DNA of 64,000 bases, taken from NCBI GenBank assembly GCA_030524525.1, contig JAUNGI010000002.1:103350-167349 (forward strand), in the 5' to 3' direction. The position numbers were made by a program, and so were the translations under genes. The notes below the pieces were generated by a model. It worked only from the letters and a program-made list of their open reading frames with translations. It was not told the DNA's origin and searched no databases. This DNA comes from Lachnospiraceae bacterium. GTDB taxonomy: Bacteria > Bacillota > Clostridia > Lachnospirales > Lachnospiraceae. Of this stretch, positions 43,517 to 52,271 are shown piece after piece (positions within the stretch are counted from its first letter, which is position 1; every line of letters begins with the position of its first letter).

Positions 43517-44929
43517 ATGGCAGATCAAGTAAAACGGCCGGTAAAAATAACGGAGACGATCCTGCGTGACGCGCATCAGTCTCTGATTGCAACCAGAATG
43601 CCCACGGAGCTGATGCTTCCGATCGTGGAGAAGATGGATCAGGTCGGATACCATTCGGTAGAGTGCTGGGGCGGAGCCACATTTGACTCCTGCCTCCGCT
43701 TCCTGAAGGAAGACCCGTGGGAGCGTCTTCGCAAGCTGAGAGCAGGCTTTAAGAATTCCAAGCTGCAAATGCTGTTCCGTGGTCAGAACATTCTGGGCTA
43801 CAACCACTATGCGGACGATGTGGTGGAATATTTCGTTCAGAAATCCATTGCAAACGGTATCGACATTATTCGTATTTTCGACTGTCTGAACGATCTTCGG
43901 AACCTTGAAACCGCAGTAAAGGCAACGAAGAAGGAACAAGGACACGCGCAGATCGCCCTTTCCTATACGCTGGGCGACGCATATACCCTCGAATATTGGG
44001 AGCAGACCGCAAGACGGATCGAAGAGATGGGCGCAGACTCCATCTGTATCAAGGATATGGCGGGGCTTCTCGTGCCCTATGAGGCGACCAAGCTGGTCAG
44101 CGCGCTGAAAGCAGGCTCGAATCTTCCGATCCAGCTTCACACGCACTATACCTCCGGCGTTGCTTCCATGACCTATCTGAAAGCCGTTGAGGCGGGCTGC
44201 GATATTATCGACTGCGCAATGTCTCCGTTGGCTTTGGGTACGAGCCAGCCGGCAACCGAGGTTATGGTCGAGACCTTCCGGGGAACGCCCTACGATTCCG
44301 GTCTGGATCAGAACCTGTTGGCGGAGATCGCAGACTACTTCCGTCCTTACCGCGAGGAGTGTCTGGCAAACGGGCTGCTCAATCCGAAGGTGCTGGGCGT
44401 AAACATCAAGACGCTGATGTATCAGGTACCGGGCGGCATGCTCAGCAATCTGGTTTCCCAGCTCAAGGAAGCGCATGCCGAGGACAAGTACGAGGCCGTT
44501 TTGGAGGAGGTTCCGAGAGTGCGCAAGGACTTCGGCGAGCCGCCGCTCGTTACGCCTTCCTCCCAGATCGTCGGTACGCAGGCGGTACTCAACGTATTGC
44601 AGGGCGAGCGCTATAAGATGGTAACGAAGGAATCGAAGAAGATCCTCTCCGGGGAATTCGGACAGACCATCAAGCCGTTCAATAAAGAGGTGCAGAAGAA
44701 GTGCATCGGCGATGTGGAGCCGATCACCTGCAGACCGGCGGATCTGATCCCGCCGCAGCTTGACAAGTTCCGCGAGGAATGCAAGGAATGGATCCAGCAG
44801 GACGAGGACGTGCTGTCCTATGCGCTGTTCCCGCAGGTCGCAACGGAATTCTTCAAGTATCGTCAGGCGCAGCAGACCAAGGTGGATGTGGCGGCTGCCG
44901 ATACGGCAAACAAGGCGTATCCGGTATAA
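43517..44929 (+). CDS. Oxaloacetate decarboxylase alpha / transcarboxylase 5S-type carboxyltransferase lacking a biotin domain
   Basis: 470 aa. It has the HMGL-like/pyruvate carboxyltransferase N-terminus VKITETILRDAHQSLIATRM, plus IKDMAGLL and HTHYTSG. There is no AMKM motif at the C-terminus. Confidence 0.88.
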   Translation: MADQVKRPVKITETILRDAHQSLIATRMPTELMLPIVEKMDQVGYHSVECWGGATFDSCLRFLKEDPWERLRKLRAGFKNSKLQMLFRGQNILGYNHYADDVVEYFVQKSIANGIDIIRIFDCLNDLRNLETAVKATKKEQGHAQIALSYTLGDAYTLEYWEQTARRIEEMGADSICIKDMAGLLVPYEATKLVSALKAGSNLPIQLHTHYTSGVASMTYLKAVEAGCDIIDCAMSPLALGTSQPATEVMVETFRGTPYDSGLDQNLLAEIADYFRPYREECLANGLLNPKVLGVNIKTLMYQVPGGMLSNLVSQLKEAHAEDKYEAVLEEVPRVRKDFGEPPLVTPSSQIVGTQAVLNVLQGERYKMVTKESKKILSGEFGQTIKPFNKEVQKKCIGDVEPITCRPADLIPPQLDKFREECKEWIQQDEDVLSYALFPQVATEFFKYRQAQQTKVDVAAADTANKAYPV

Positions 44930-44944
44930 GAATGCGAAAAAGAG

Positions 44945-44978
44945 CGGTATCCCGAGAAAGCTTGGGATACCGTTTTTT
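44945..44978 (+). terminator. Rho-independent terminator of the decarboxylase operon
   Basis: CGGTATCCC-gagaaagctt-GGGATACCG forms a perfect 9-bp stem followed by TTTTTT. Confidence 0.85.
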
Positions 44979-45085
44979 GCAAGGGAAAATTGCAGGAAGA
45001 GGAGCGGGGGGATTTGCTGCGCCGACCGCCCGATCGGCAGTAGGCGGCTTGAAATTCAAGAATAGAATTCTTATGGGCAGATATG

Positions 45086-45114
45086 TTGAAAGCGAATATC
45101 AGATCTGCTATACT
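45086..45114 (+). promoter_or_regulatory. SigA-type promoter with an extended -10 for the giant LPKTG protein gene
   Basis: TTGAAA (45086-45091), a 17-bp spacer ending in TGc, then TATACT (45109-45114). Confidence 0.65.
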
Positions 45115-45252
45115 ATGGGCGTTATCGGCAAGGCGGTGAAGATCGTCTGAAAACTGCCGACGAAGGATATACGGAAAAGCAAGGTGAAAAAGGGAACAAC
45201 AGAAACGGCCCCGGGCTGTGACGACAGAGACAGGAAATTAGGAGGAATTAAC

Positions 45253-48200
45253 ATGTGGAGTAGGAAAAAGACACTGAAACGGTTTTTGAGCCTGATGCTG
45301 ACGGCGGCGATGCTGCTGTCCGTCATGCCTGACAGCGTCTTGGCGGTTTGCGCCGAGGAGCCGGACAGCGGACTTTGCGCCGTTGACGAGGCGGCGGAGA
45401 ACGAGCGGGGGCAGGCAGATGCCGACCGTGATACCGCCGCAGCGGCGGCGCCGCCGGCTTTGGAACAGAAAACGGAGTCGGGAGAAACCGAACCGGTGGA
45501 GGCAACCATCGAGGGCAAATTGGCGGCCTTGGCTCCCAACGCGGACGCCCTGCCCGATCGGGACGAGCGGTTGGCCGAAACGGACTACACCGAGCCGGAG
45601 CCTGCCTATGTTGCCGAGGTGACCATTGGCGGCACCGCCACCCAATACACCGACATTCAGGAGGCGTTCACCGCCGCCAACGCGGGCACCGCTGAAAATC
45701 CCGCTACCATCACCCTGCTGGCTGATGTGACGGTATCTTCGACCCTGCGCGTAGAGAATGGCGACGACATTACCCTGACCTGTGAAACCGCCGACGATGA
45801 CCATACAATATCTGTTTCTAGTGGCGTCGATTTGGAAACCCCGCTTTATGTTACTGGTGGTTCCTTTACCCTTCAACGAGGGTCACTAAAAGGGAGCGAC
45901 ACCGGAAAGGGATGTATCGTTTCGGGCGGATATTTTACCATGCTGGATGGGACGATTTCTGGACGGCGTGGGTTGGATGTGAGCGGCGGACATATCAAGA
46001 TTTCCGGCGGAACAATCAGTGGAGACACAAGCTTTTTTGGAAGCGGTCTGCGCGTTCTGGATACGGAGGCCGAAGTGAGTCTAAGCGGTGGTTCTTTCTC
46101 TGGGAACACGAGTGTTGATATGTGGGCCGGAGGGACAATCGGTTCCATTCTTGCACCAGGCTATGCGTACAAGGGCATAAATTGGGGAGTACAAGAATAC
46201 TGGCTGTCTGAGGCGGCAGCTTCCCAATCCAACTCGACCACTCCGGTCACTGTGCAAAAAGCACCCATCCAGAGCGTGAGCATTTCCGCTGACACCACCA
46301 CCACGATCACCTACGGCGACACTGCGCCCACTCTGACCGCCACCCCGACCCTGTTGGATACAAGCATGGCAGTGACCTATCGGTGGTATCAGGACGGCGT
46401 GGTGATTGAAAACGCCACCAGCAGTACTTACACCCCCGGCAAGCTGGACGCGGGCAGCTACAACTATACCTGCAAGGCCACGGCGGATGGGTACTCCCTC
46501 ACCAGCACCCCAGTCGCGGTAAAAGTGGAGCAGAAGGAATTGGAGTTGTCCATTACCGGAACCACCACAAAAACCTACGACGGAACGACGGACGGCCCGG
46601 CAGGTCTTTCTATTGAGATCGGGAACGCTGTTTCCGGGGATGATGTGACCGTCACGGCGGAATCTTACACCTATAACAGCGCCAATGTGAAGGAAGCGAC
46701 CACCATCACCGCGGGCGGTGTGACCCTGAGCGGGGACGATTCTGGCAACTACAAACTGCCGGAGGGTGCTGTCACCACAAGCGGGACGATTACAAAATCT
46801 CAACCTACCATTACTTTTCATGGGAGCCTGCTTGGTCAGTACAGCGGGAAAGCCTTTAGCTATACCGGAATAAAAAATGCCATGACTATTAGAGGCGCAT
46901 CGTATGAAGATGTTGTTTTTAGCTGGACTGATTCCGAAAAAAATCCTCTTAAAGACGCGCCTACCGATGCCGGAACCTACACCCTGATTGCGACCATCCC
47001 GGCAACGGACAACACAGAGTTGGCAACGGATAGCGCGCCCGTGACTATTGATCCCAAGCCTGTGTCGAATCCTACCATTACGTTGGAGAAGGACAGCTAT
47101 GAATATGACGGGACAGAGAAGAAGCCGACTGTGAAGGTGTTTGACGGAGACACCGAGATCGCCCCCAAAGAGTACACCGTTACCTATTCCAATAACACGA
47201 ATGTCGGCACCGCCACCGTCACCATCACAAACAACGAGGGCGGCAATTATGAGGTTAACGACGCTACTGCTTCTTTTGAGATCACCAAGCCCGACCTTGC
47301 CACCGCGACGGTGACGCTGATCCTGCCCGATGACGGCTACACCTACGACGGAACGGCTAAGGAACCGGAAATTATCGTGGTCAAGAATGGCGTGACCGTG
47401 GATGAGGACGAGTACACCGTCAGCTATTCCAACACCAATGGCGGCGATGGGAATCACACCAATGCAGGCACCGTCACCGTGACCATCACAGCAACGGCGG
47501 ACGGCAATTACAGCGGTTCCAACAGCAAAACATTTGAAATCGAGAGAGCAAACATCCGCAACGCGGTCGTGACGCTGACAGGCACCCGCTTTGAGTATAT
47601 CGGTGGGACGCTGGAAATTGGCGTTCAGTCGGTTGTCCTGAACGACAGCAAGCTGACTTGGAGAACGGATTACACATACAGCGGACAGACTGGGCAGGAT
47701 GCCGGCACTTACACCGTTACAGTGGAGGGGCAAGGAAACTACATCGGCACCGCCACAGCTACATGGGAAATCTATCAAAAAGAATTGACCGTGGGCAGCT
47801 GGACGATCGAGAAAACCTACGATGGTACGACCGACATCACCCTGGATGCCGAGGACGCTGTCCTGTACGGCGTATGTTATTCGGATGATGTGAAGCTGGA
47901 TGTCAGCGGCGTCACCGCCCGGTTTGCGGACGCCGCCGTGGGCGAAGGCAAAAGCATTGCTTATACCGGCAGTTTTGGACTGACCGGGGTGACCGCCAAA
48001 AACTATGTGCTGAAATATCAGCCCACCCTGACCGGCACCATCACCAAGCGGCCGATCAGCGTTACCCCGGATAGCCTGACCAAAGAATACGGAACAGACG
48101 ATCCCACGCTGACTTACAAGATCACAAGCGGCTCTTTGCTGGATGGGGATGCTCTGACCCTCTACAGAACCTCCGGAGAGGCCGTCGGATCTTATCTTAT

Positions 48201-51200
48201 CGACCGGTATGCCATTGAGAACCAGGACGGTGAGGATGTTTCCGGAAACTACGATGTGACACTGGAAACCGTGAATTTTCACATTACGAGACCCGACCTG
48301 TCCACCGCCACGGTAATTTTGCACCTGCCCAAGGAAGGTTACATTTACGACGGCACCGCCAAGGAACCCAAGGTGACGGTGATCAAGAACAGGAAAACGC
48401 TGGAAGAAAACACGGACTATATCGTGACTTACGCCGACAATACCGACGCCGGAACCGCCTTGGTGACCGTCAAGGCGGTGGAGGAGGGCAACTACTACGG
48501 AAGCCAAGGCAAAACTTTTGAGATCGCCCCTTACGACATCTCCTACGAGGAGGTCACACTGGGGGATGACCCGATCTACAACGGTCAGATACAGACCAAG
48601 AGTATTGAGGTAAACATGGGCGTTCGTCTGATCGAGGGCGATGACTATGAGGTGACAGGCAATACCGGAATTGACGCGGGCGACTACACGTTGATCCTTA
48701 CCGGCAAAGGCAACTACACCGGCACCATCGAACGCGACTGGAAGATCGCGCCCCGCGGGCTGTGGGTGTACGCATGGAAAATCAGCAAAATGTATGACGG
48801 CACAACGGATATTATCCTGAACGCCAAGGATGCCGTTTTACGCGCCGGCAATTATGGCATTGTGGACGGTGACGAGGTGATGCTGGACGCCGGCGGCGTG
48901 ACTGCACGGTTTGAAAGCGCCAATGTGGGTACCGGAATTGCCATATCCTATACCGGCACCTTTGCGCTGACCGGCAAGGATGCGGACAACTATATTTTGG
49001 CGGAGCAGCCGGATGGTATTACCGGCACGATCATCCGGAGGCAGATTATCGTCATTCCCGATGCAGACCAAACCATGGAGTATGGCAGGACGATGCCGGA
49101 GCTGACCTACACCGTCGGCGGCGACGGCATGGCGGAAGGGGAAAGCCTGACCGGCACGCTGGCCTGCGATATAGGGAACGGCGCCGTTGGCCGGTATGCG
49201 ATCACTCGGGGAACGCTGACCGCTACCGAGAACTATGACTTGAGCTTTACGGACGGCGTGATGTTCGAGATCGTAAAGCCGGATCTGTCCACCGCCACGG
49301 TAACTTTGAACCTGCCCGAGAACGGCTGTATTTACGACGGCACTGCCAAGGAACCCAAGGTAACCGTGATCAAGAACGGGAGAAAGCTGGAAGAAAATAC
49401 GGACTATATCGTGACCTACGCCGACAATACCGACGCCGGAACCGCCTCGGTGACCGTCAAGGCGGTGGCGGACGGCAACTACTACGGCTCCCAAACCGTC
49501 AAGTTTACCGTCAATCCCGCCGGCATTTCCGATGCGGTGGTCACGTTGGCGAACGACTTGACCTACAGCGGCCGGGAACAGACCCAGAATGTGATCGTGA
49601 CTTGGAATGGCGTGGAACTTGAAGAGGGCAAAGATTACACCGTTTCCAACAATAACGGCACGGCTGCAGGCGAATATACCCTGACAGTGGTCGGCGTTGG
49701 CAACTATACCGGCAGTGTGGAACGGAAATTTTCCATTGCAAAGGCGCGGGTGTTTGTGTACGACTGGCAGGCCGCAGACCGAACCTACGAGCAGGGCAAC
49801 CGGAATGTGGAGGCCACGGTTACGTTTAACGGCGAAGGCGTTTTGAGCAAAATCAAGCACACCGTCACCGCCGTAATGGAGGACGACAGCGCCGGGAACG
49901 GCAAGAGCGTCACCCTGACCGTAACGCTTACAGACCCCAACTACCAGTTGTGTACGCCGGACGCTGACCCCATTGAATTTTGGACGGGGACAACGACGGT
50001 CAACATTGCAAAAGCCGTCGCCGATGTGGAGGACGAACTGACCGTGACCCACGTTTGGGACAGCGTGGTGACGGAAGAAATCGACCTTGGCGCGCTGCTG
50101 CCCGCCGACCGGGGCGAAACTACCTATACCGTCACCGACTGCGAGGGCGTGGTCACCGGCGCCGTGGACCGGGACAGCGATACCCTGACCTATACGACCG
50201 TGAAAAATCAGGCGGCTGTCTCCGGCGACATCACCGTGACTGTGGTGATGAACAACTATGAGGACGTGACCATCACGATCAAAGTCAACCTGATCGACCC
50301 TCTGACGATTTCCGGCCTGCCGAGCTCCATAACCTATGGCGACGAAGCCTTTTCCCTTACCGCCTCCGGCGGTCTGGGTGACAGCGCCGTGATCTGGGAA
50401 AGCAGCAATGAGGAAATCGCTTCGGTGGATGAAAACGGCGAAATCACAGTTACCGGCGCGGGTACCGTGACCATTACCGCCGCGAAGAAGGACGGAGCCA
50501 ACGAGGGAGACGCCGCGGCTGCCGTCACCTTTACCGTGGCGCGAAAGGCCGTGATCGTCTCCGGCATTGTTGCCGAGGATAAGGTTTATGACGGCACAAC
50601 GGAAGCCACGCTGAACTGTGAGGGCGTGACCTTTGAAGGCATTGTGGAGGGCGACAGACTGACCGTGACCGCAGCGGGAACCTTTGCGGACAAGAATGCG
50701 GGCAATGATAAGAGCGTTTCCGTCGCCGTTCTGACTTTAGGCGGCGCGGACGCGGAGAATTATGTCTTGACGGCAAGCGGCCAGCAGACCAAAGCCAAGG
50801 CAAACATAACTCCGAAGGACATCACTGTGAAGATTGCTGCTGACGGAGGCGTGTACGGCGCCGTGACTCCGGCCACGGCGGAGCTGACCGGCGTGGTTGA
50901 CGGAGATGAGGTTGCCGTGACGCTGACCTACACGGGAACCGCAAACGACGGGATTACCACATATAACGGCGCGGAGGTTCCCACGCTGGCAGGCACTTAC
51001 ACCGTGTCCGTCCGCATCACGGACGGCAACTATAACCTCACCGGCGCTGTGACTGCGGAGTTTGTGGTGGAACGTGCCGACGCGGAGTTCTCCGTCAGCC
51101 CGGAGCGTGTTGACAAGACCTATGGTGACGATACCTTTTCCTTGGATGCGATCCATGCGGGCGGCGGCGAGGTGACCTACAAGAGTGACAACGAGGCTGT

Positions 51201-52206
51201 TGCCGCCGTGGATGAAACCGGCGCCGTGACCTTGCATAACGCGGGTACCGCCACGATCACCGTGACGCTGGCACAGACCGCGAACTACAAGGGCGGGGAG
51301 ATTTCCGTCACCGTCACCGTGGGGCGGAAGAATGACACGCTGAAAGCGGATCAGCCGGTATACGGTGTGACCTACGGCGACAGCGGTTTTACCATCGGCT
51401 ATGAAACGGAAAGCGGCAGTCGGGCGGCATTTACCAGCAGCGACCCTTCCGTTGTTGCCGTGGACGAAAACGGCGTGGTGCATATCGTGGGCGCGGGGAC
51501 GGCTACCGTTACGCTGAGCACGGCGGAAAGCCGGAATTACAACGCGGTCAGCGAAACCGTGACGGTTACGGTCAAGCCAAAGGCAATCACTGTCTCCGCC
51601 GATGATCTGACCAAGACCTATGGCGAGGACGACCCGGAACTGACTTATCATGCCGTTGGTCTTGTGGAGACGGATGAGTTGACCGGCATCCAACTGAGCC
51701 GTGACAGCGGCAGCGATGTGGGAACTTATATCATCCGGGCGACCCAGGAGACCGGCGCGAACCCGAATTACAGCGTCGAGTTTGTAAACGGCACACTGAC
51801 CATCCTGCAGAAGGATATCACCGGCGCCGTGGTGGAGTTGGGGGAGGCTCTGATTGAAAACGGCGAGACGCAGACCCAGAAAATCCATGGCGTCACCGTA
51901 CAAAACAGCAAGGGCGAGGTCATGGATGTGACTTATACCGTGGAGAACAACACCGGCGCCGAGCCGGGGGCTTACATTATGACCATTACCGGCATCGGGA
52001 ATTTTACCGGCACGATCACCTGCGGCTTTGTGATTGCGCCTGCCGCTGACAGCGGAGAGGATACGAATCCGGACGGCGATACCGGGACCTTGCCAAAGAC
52101 CGGCGACGATGCGAAGCCGTGGCTGTGGATGATGCTGCTGCTTCTTTCCGGGGGCAGCCTTACTGCCGCCGCTTGGTACGGAAAACGGAAAAAGTACGTG
52201 AAGTAA
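45253..52206 (+). CDS. Giant LPXTG-anchored surface protein (2,317 aa): signal peptide, acidic linker, beta-helix-like GG-repeat region, many YDGT/MBG-type modules and Big_2-like Ig domains
   Basis: The ATG at 45253 follows an AGGAGGA RBS, and the signal peptide is FLSLMLTAAMLLSVMPDSVLAVCA. Recurrent modules of the type K(T/M)YDGTTD...GxxNYxL...GTITK and DL(S/A)TATVTLxLPxxGYxYDGTAKEPxV are present, together with Big_2-like segments (VTGAGTVTITAAK, LHNAGTATITVTL, IVGAGTATVTLST). LPKTG (52090-52104) is followed by a TM helix and KRKKYVK. Confidence 0.9.
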   Translation: MWSRKKTLKRFLSLMLTAAMLLSVMPDSVLAVCAEEPDSGLCAVDEAAENERGQADADRDTAAAAAPPALEQKTESGETEPVEATIEGKLAALAPNADALPDRDERLAETDYTEPEPAYVAEVTIGGTATQYTDIQEAFTAANAGTAENPATITLLADVTVSSTLRVENGDDITLTCETADDDHTISVSSGVDLETPLYVTGGSFTLQRGSLKGSDTGKGCIVSGGYFTMLDGTISGRRGLDVSGGHIKISGGTISGDTSFFGSGLRVLDTEAEVSLSGGSFSGNTSVDMWAGGTIGSILAPGYAYKGINWGVQEYWLSEAAASQSNSTTPVTVQKAPIQSVSISADTTTTITYGDTAPTLTATPTLLDTSMAVTYRWYQDGVVIENATSSTYTPGKLDAGSYNYTCKATADGYSLTSTPVAVKVEQKELELSITGTTTKTYDGTTDGPAGLSIEIGNAVSGDDVTVTAESYTYNSANVKEATTITAGGVTLSGDDSGNYKLPEGAVTTSGTITKSQPTITFHGSLLGQYSGKAFSYTGIKNAMTIRGASYEDVVFSWTDSEKNPLKDAPTDAGTYTLIATIPATDNTELATDSAPVTIDPKPVSNPTITLEKDSYEYDGTEKKPTVKVFDGDTEIAPKEYTVTYSNNTNVGTATVTITNNEGGNYEVNDATASFEITKPDLATATVTLILPDDGYTYDGTAKEPEIIVVKNGVTVDEDEYTVSYSNTNGGDGNHTNAGTVTVTITATADGNYSGSNSKTFEIERANIRNAVVTLTGTRFEYIGGTLEIGVQSVVLNDSKLTWRTDYTYSGQTGQDAGTYTVTVEGQGNYIGTATATWEIYQKELTVGSWTIEKTYDGTTDITLDAEDAVLYGVCYSDDVKLDVSGVTARFADAAVGEGKSIAYTGSFGLTGVTAKNYVLKYQPTLTGTITKRPISVTPDSLTKEYGTDDPTLTYKITSGSLLDGDALTLYRTSGEAVGSYLIDRYAIENQDGEDVSGNYDVTLETVNFHITRPDLSTATVILHLPKEGYIYDGTAKEPKVTVIKNRKTLEENTDYIVTYADNTDAGTALVTVKAVEEGNYYGSQGKTFEIAPYDISYEEVTLGDDPIYNGQIQTKSIEVNMGVRLIEGDDYEVTGNTGIDAGDYTLILTGKGNYTGTIERDWKIAPRGLWVYAWKISKMYDGTTDIILNAKDAVLRAGNYGIVDGDEVMLDAGGVTARFESANVGTGIAISYTGTFALTGKDADNYILAEQPDGITGTIIRRQIIVIPDADQTMEYGRTMPELTYTVGGDGMAEGESLTGTLACDIGNGAVGRYAITRGTLTATENYDLSFTDGVMFEIVKPDLSTATVTLNLPENGCIYDGTAKEPKVTVIKNGRKLEENTDYIVTYADNTDAGTASVTVKAVADGNYYGSQTVKFTVNPAGISDAVVTLANDLTYSGREQTQNVIVTWNGVELEEGKDYTVSNNNGTAAGEYTLTVVGVGNYTGSVERKFSIAKARVFVYDWQAADRTYEQGNRNVEATVTFNGEGVLSKIKHTVTAVMEDDSAGNGKSVTLTVTLTDPNYQLCTPDADPIEFWTGTTTVNIAKAVADVEDELTVTHVWDSVVTEEIDLGALLPADRGETTYTVTDCEGVVTGAVDRDSDTLTYTTVKNQAAVSGDITVTVVMNNYEDVTITIKVNLIDPLTISGLPSSITYGDEAFSLTASGGLGDSAVIWESSNEEIASVDENGEITVTGAGTVTITAAKKDGANEGDAAAAVTFTVARKAVIVSGIVAEDKVYDGTTEATLNCEGVTFEGIVEGDRLTVTAAGTFADKNAGNDKSVSVAVLTLGGADAENYVLTASGQQTKAKANITPKDITVKIAADGGVYGAVTPATAELTGVVDGDEVAVTLTYTGTANDGITTYNGAEVPTLAGTYTVSVRITDGNYNLTGAVTAEFVVERADAEFSVSPERVDKTYGDDTFSLDAIHAGGGEVTYKSDNEAVAAVDETGAVTLHNAGTATITVTLAQTANYKGGEISVTVTVGRKNDTLKADQPVYGVTYGDSGFTIGYETESGSRAAFTSSDPSVVAVDENGVVHIVGAGTATVTLSTAESRNYNAVSETVTVTVKPKAITVSADDLTKTYGEDDPELTYHAVGLVETDELTGIQLSRDSGSDVGTYIIRATQETGANPNYSVEFVNGTLTILQKDITGAVVELGEALIENGETQTQKIHGVTVQNSKGEVMDVTYTVENNTGAEPGAYIMTITGIGNFTGTITCGFVIAPAADSGEDTNPDGDTGTLPKTGDDAKPWLWMMLLLLSGGSLTAAAWYGKRKKYVK
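47776..49740 (+). repeat. Two tandem in-frame super-repeats of 987 bp (329 codons) inside the giant gene
   Basis: The unit from ~47776 (KELTVGSWTIEKTYDGTTD...) recurs from ~48762 (RGLWVYAWKISKMYDGTTD...). The best-conserved stretch, 48298-48510, matches 49285-49497 at an offset of exactly 987 nt (for example ctgtccaccgccacgg and gactatatcgtgac.tacgccgacaataccgacgccggaaccgcc). Confidence 0.85.
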
Positions 52207-52231
52207 AGGACGGGAACCATTCCTATAATCG

Positions 52232-52271
52232 GGGCGGTGACGGGGTCAAACCTGTCGCCGCCCTGCGTTTT
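52232..52271 (+). terminator. Terminator hairpin shared by the convergent genes
   Basis: GGGCGGTGAC-(12-nt loop)-GTCGCCGCCC (one G.U pair) followed by tgcgTTTT. It overlaps the last codons of the minus-strand flippase gene. Confidence 0.5.

Noticed and set aside
46081-51903. Three long minus-strand ORFs (808, 404 and 388 aa) inside the LPKTG giant gene
   Set aside because: These are antisense artefacts of a repetitive, GC3-rich gene. Their products are Gly/Arg/Val-rich and have no starts with an RBS.
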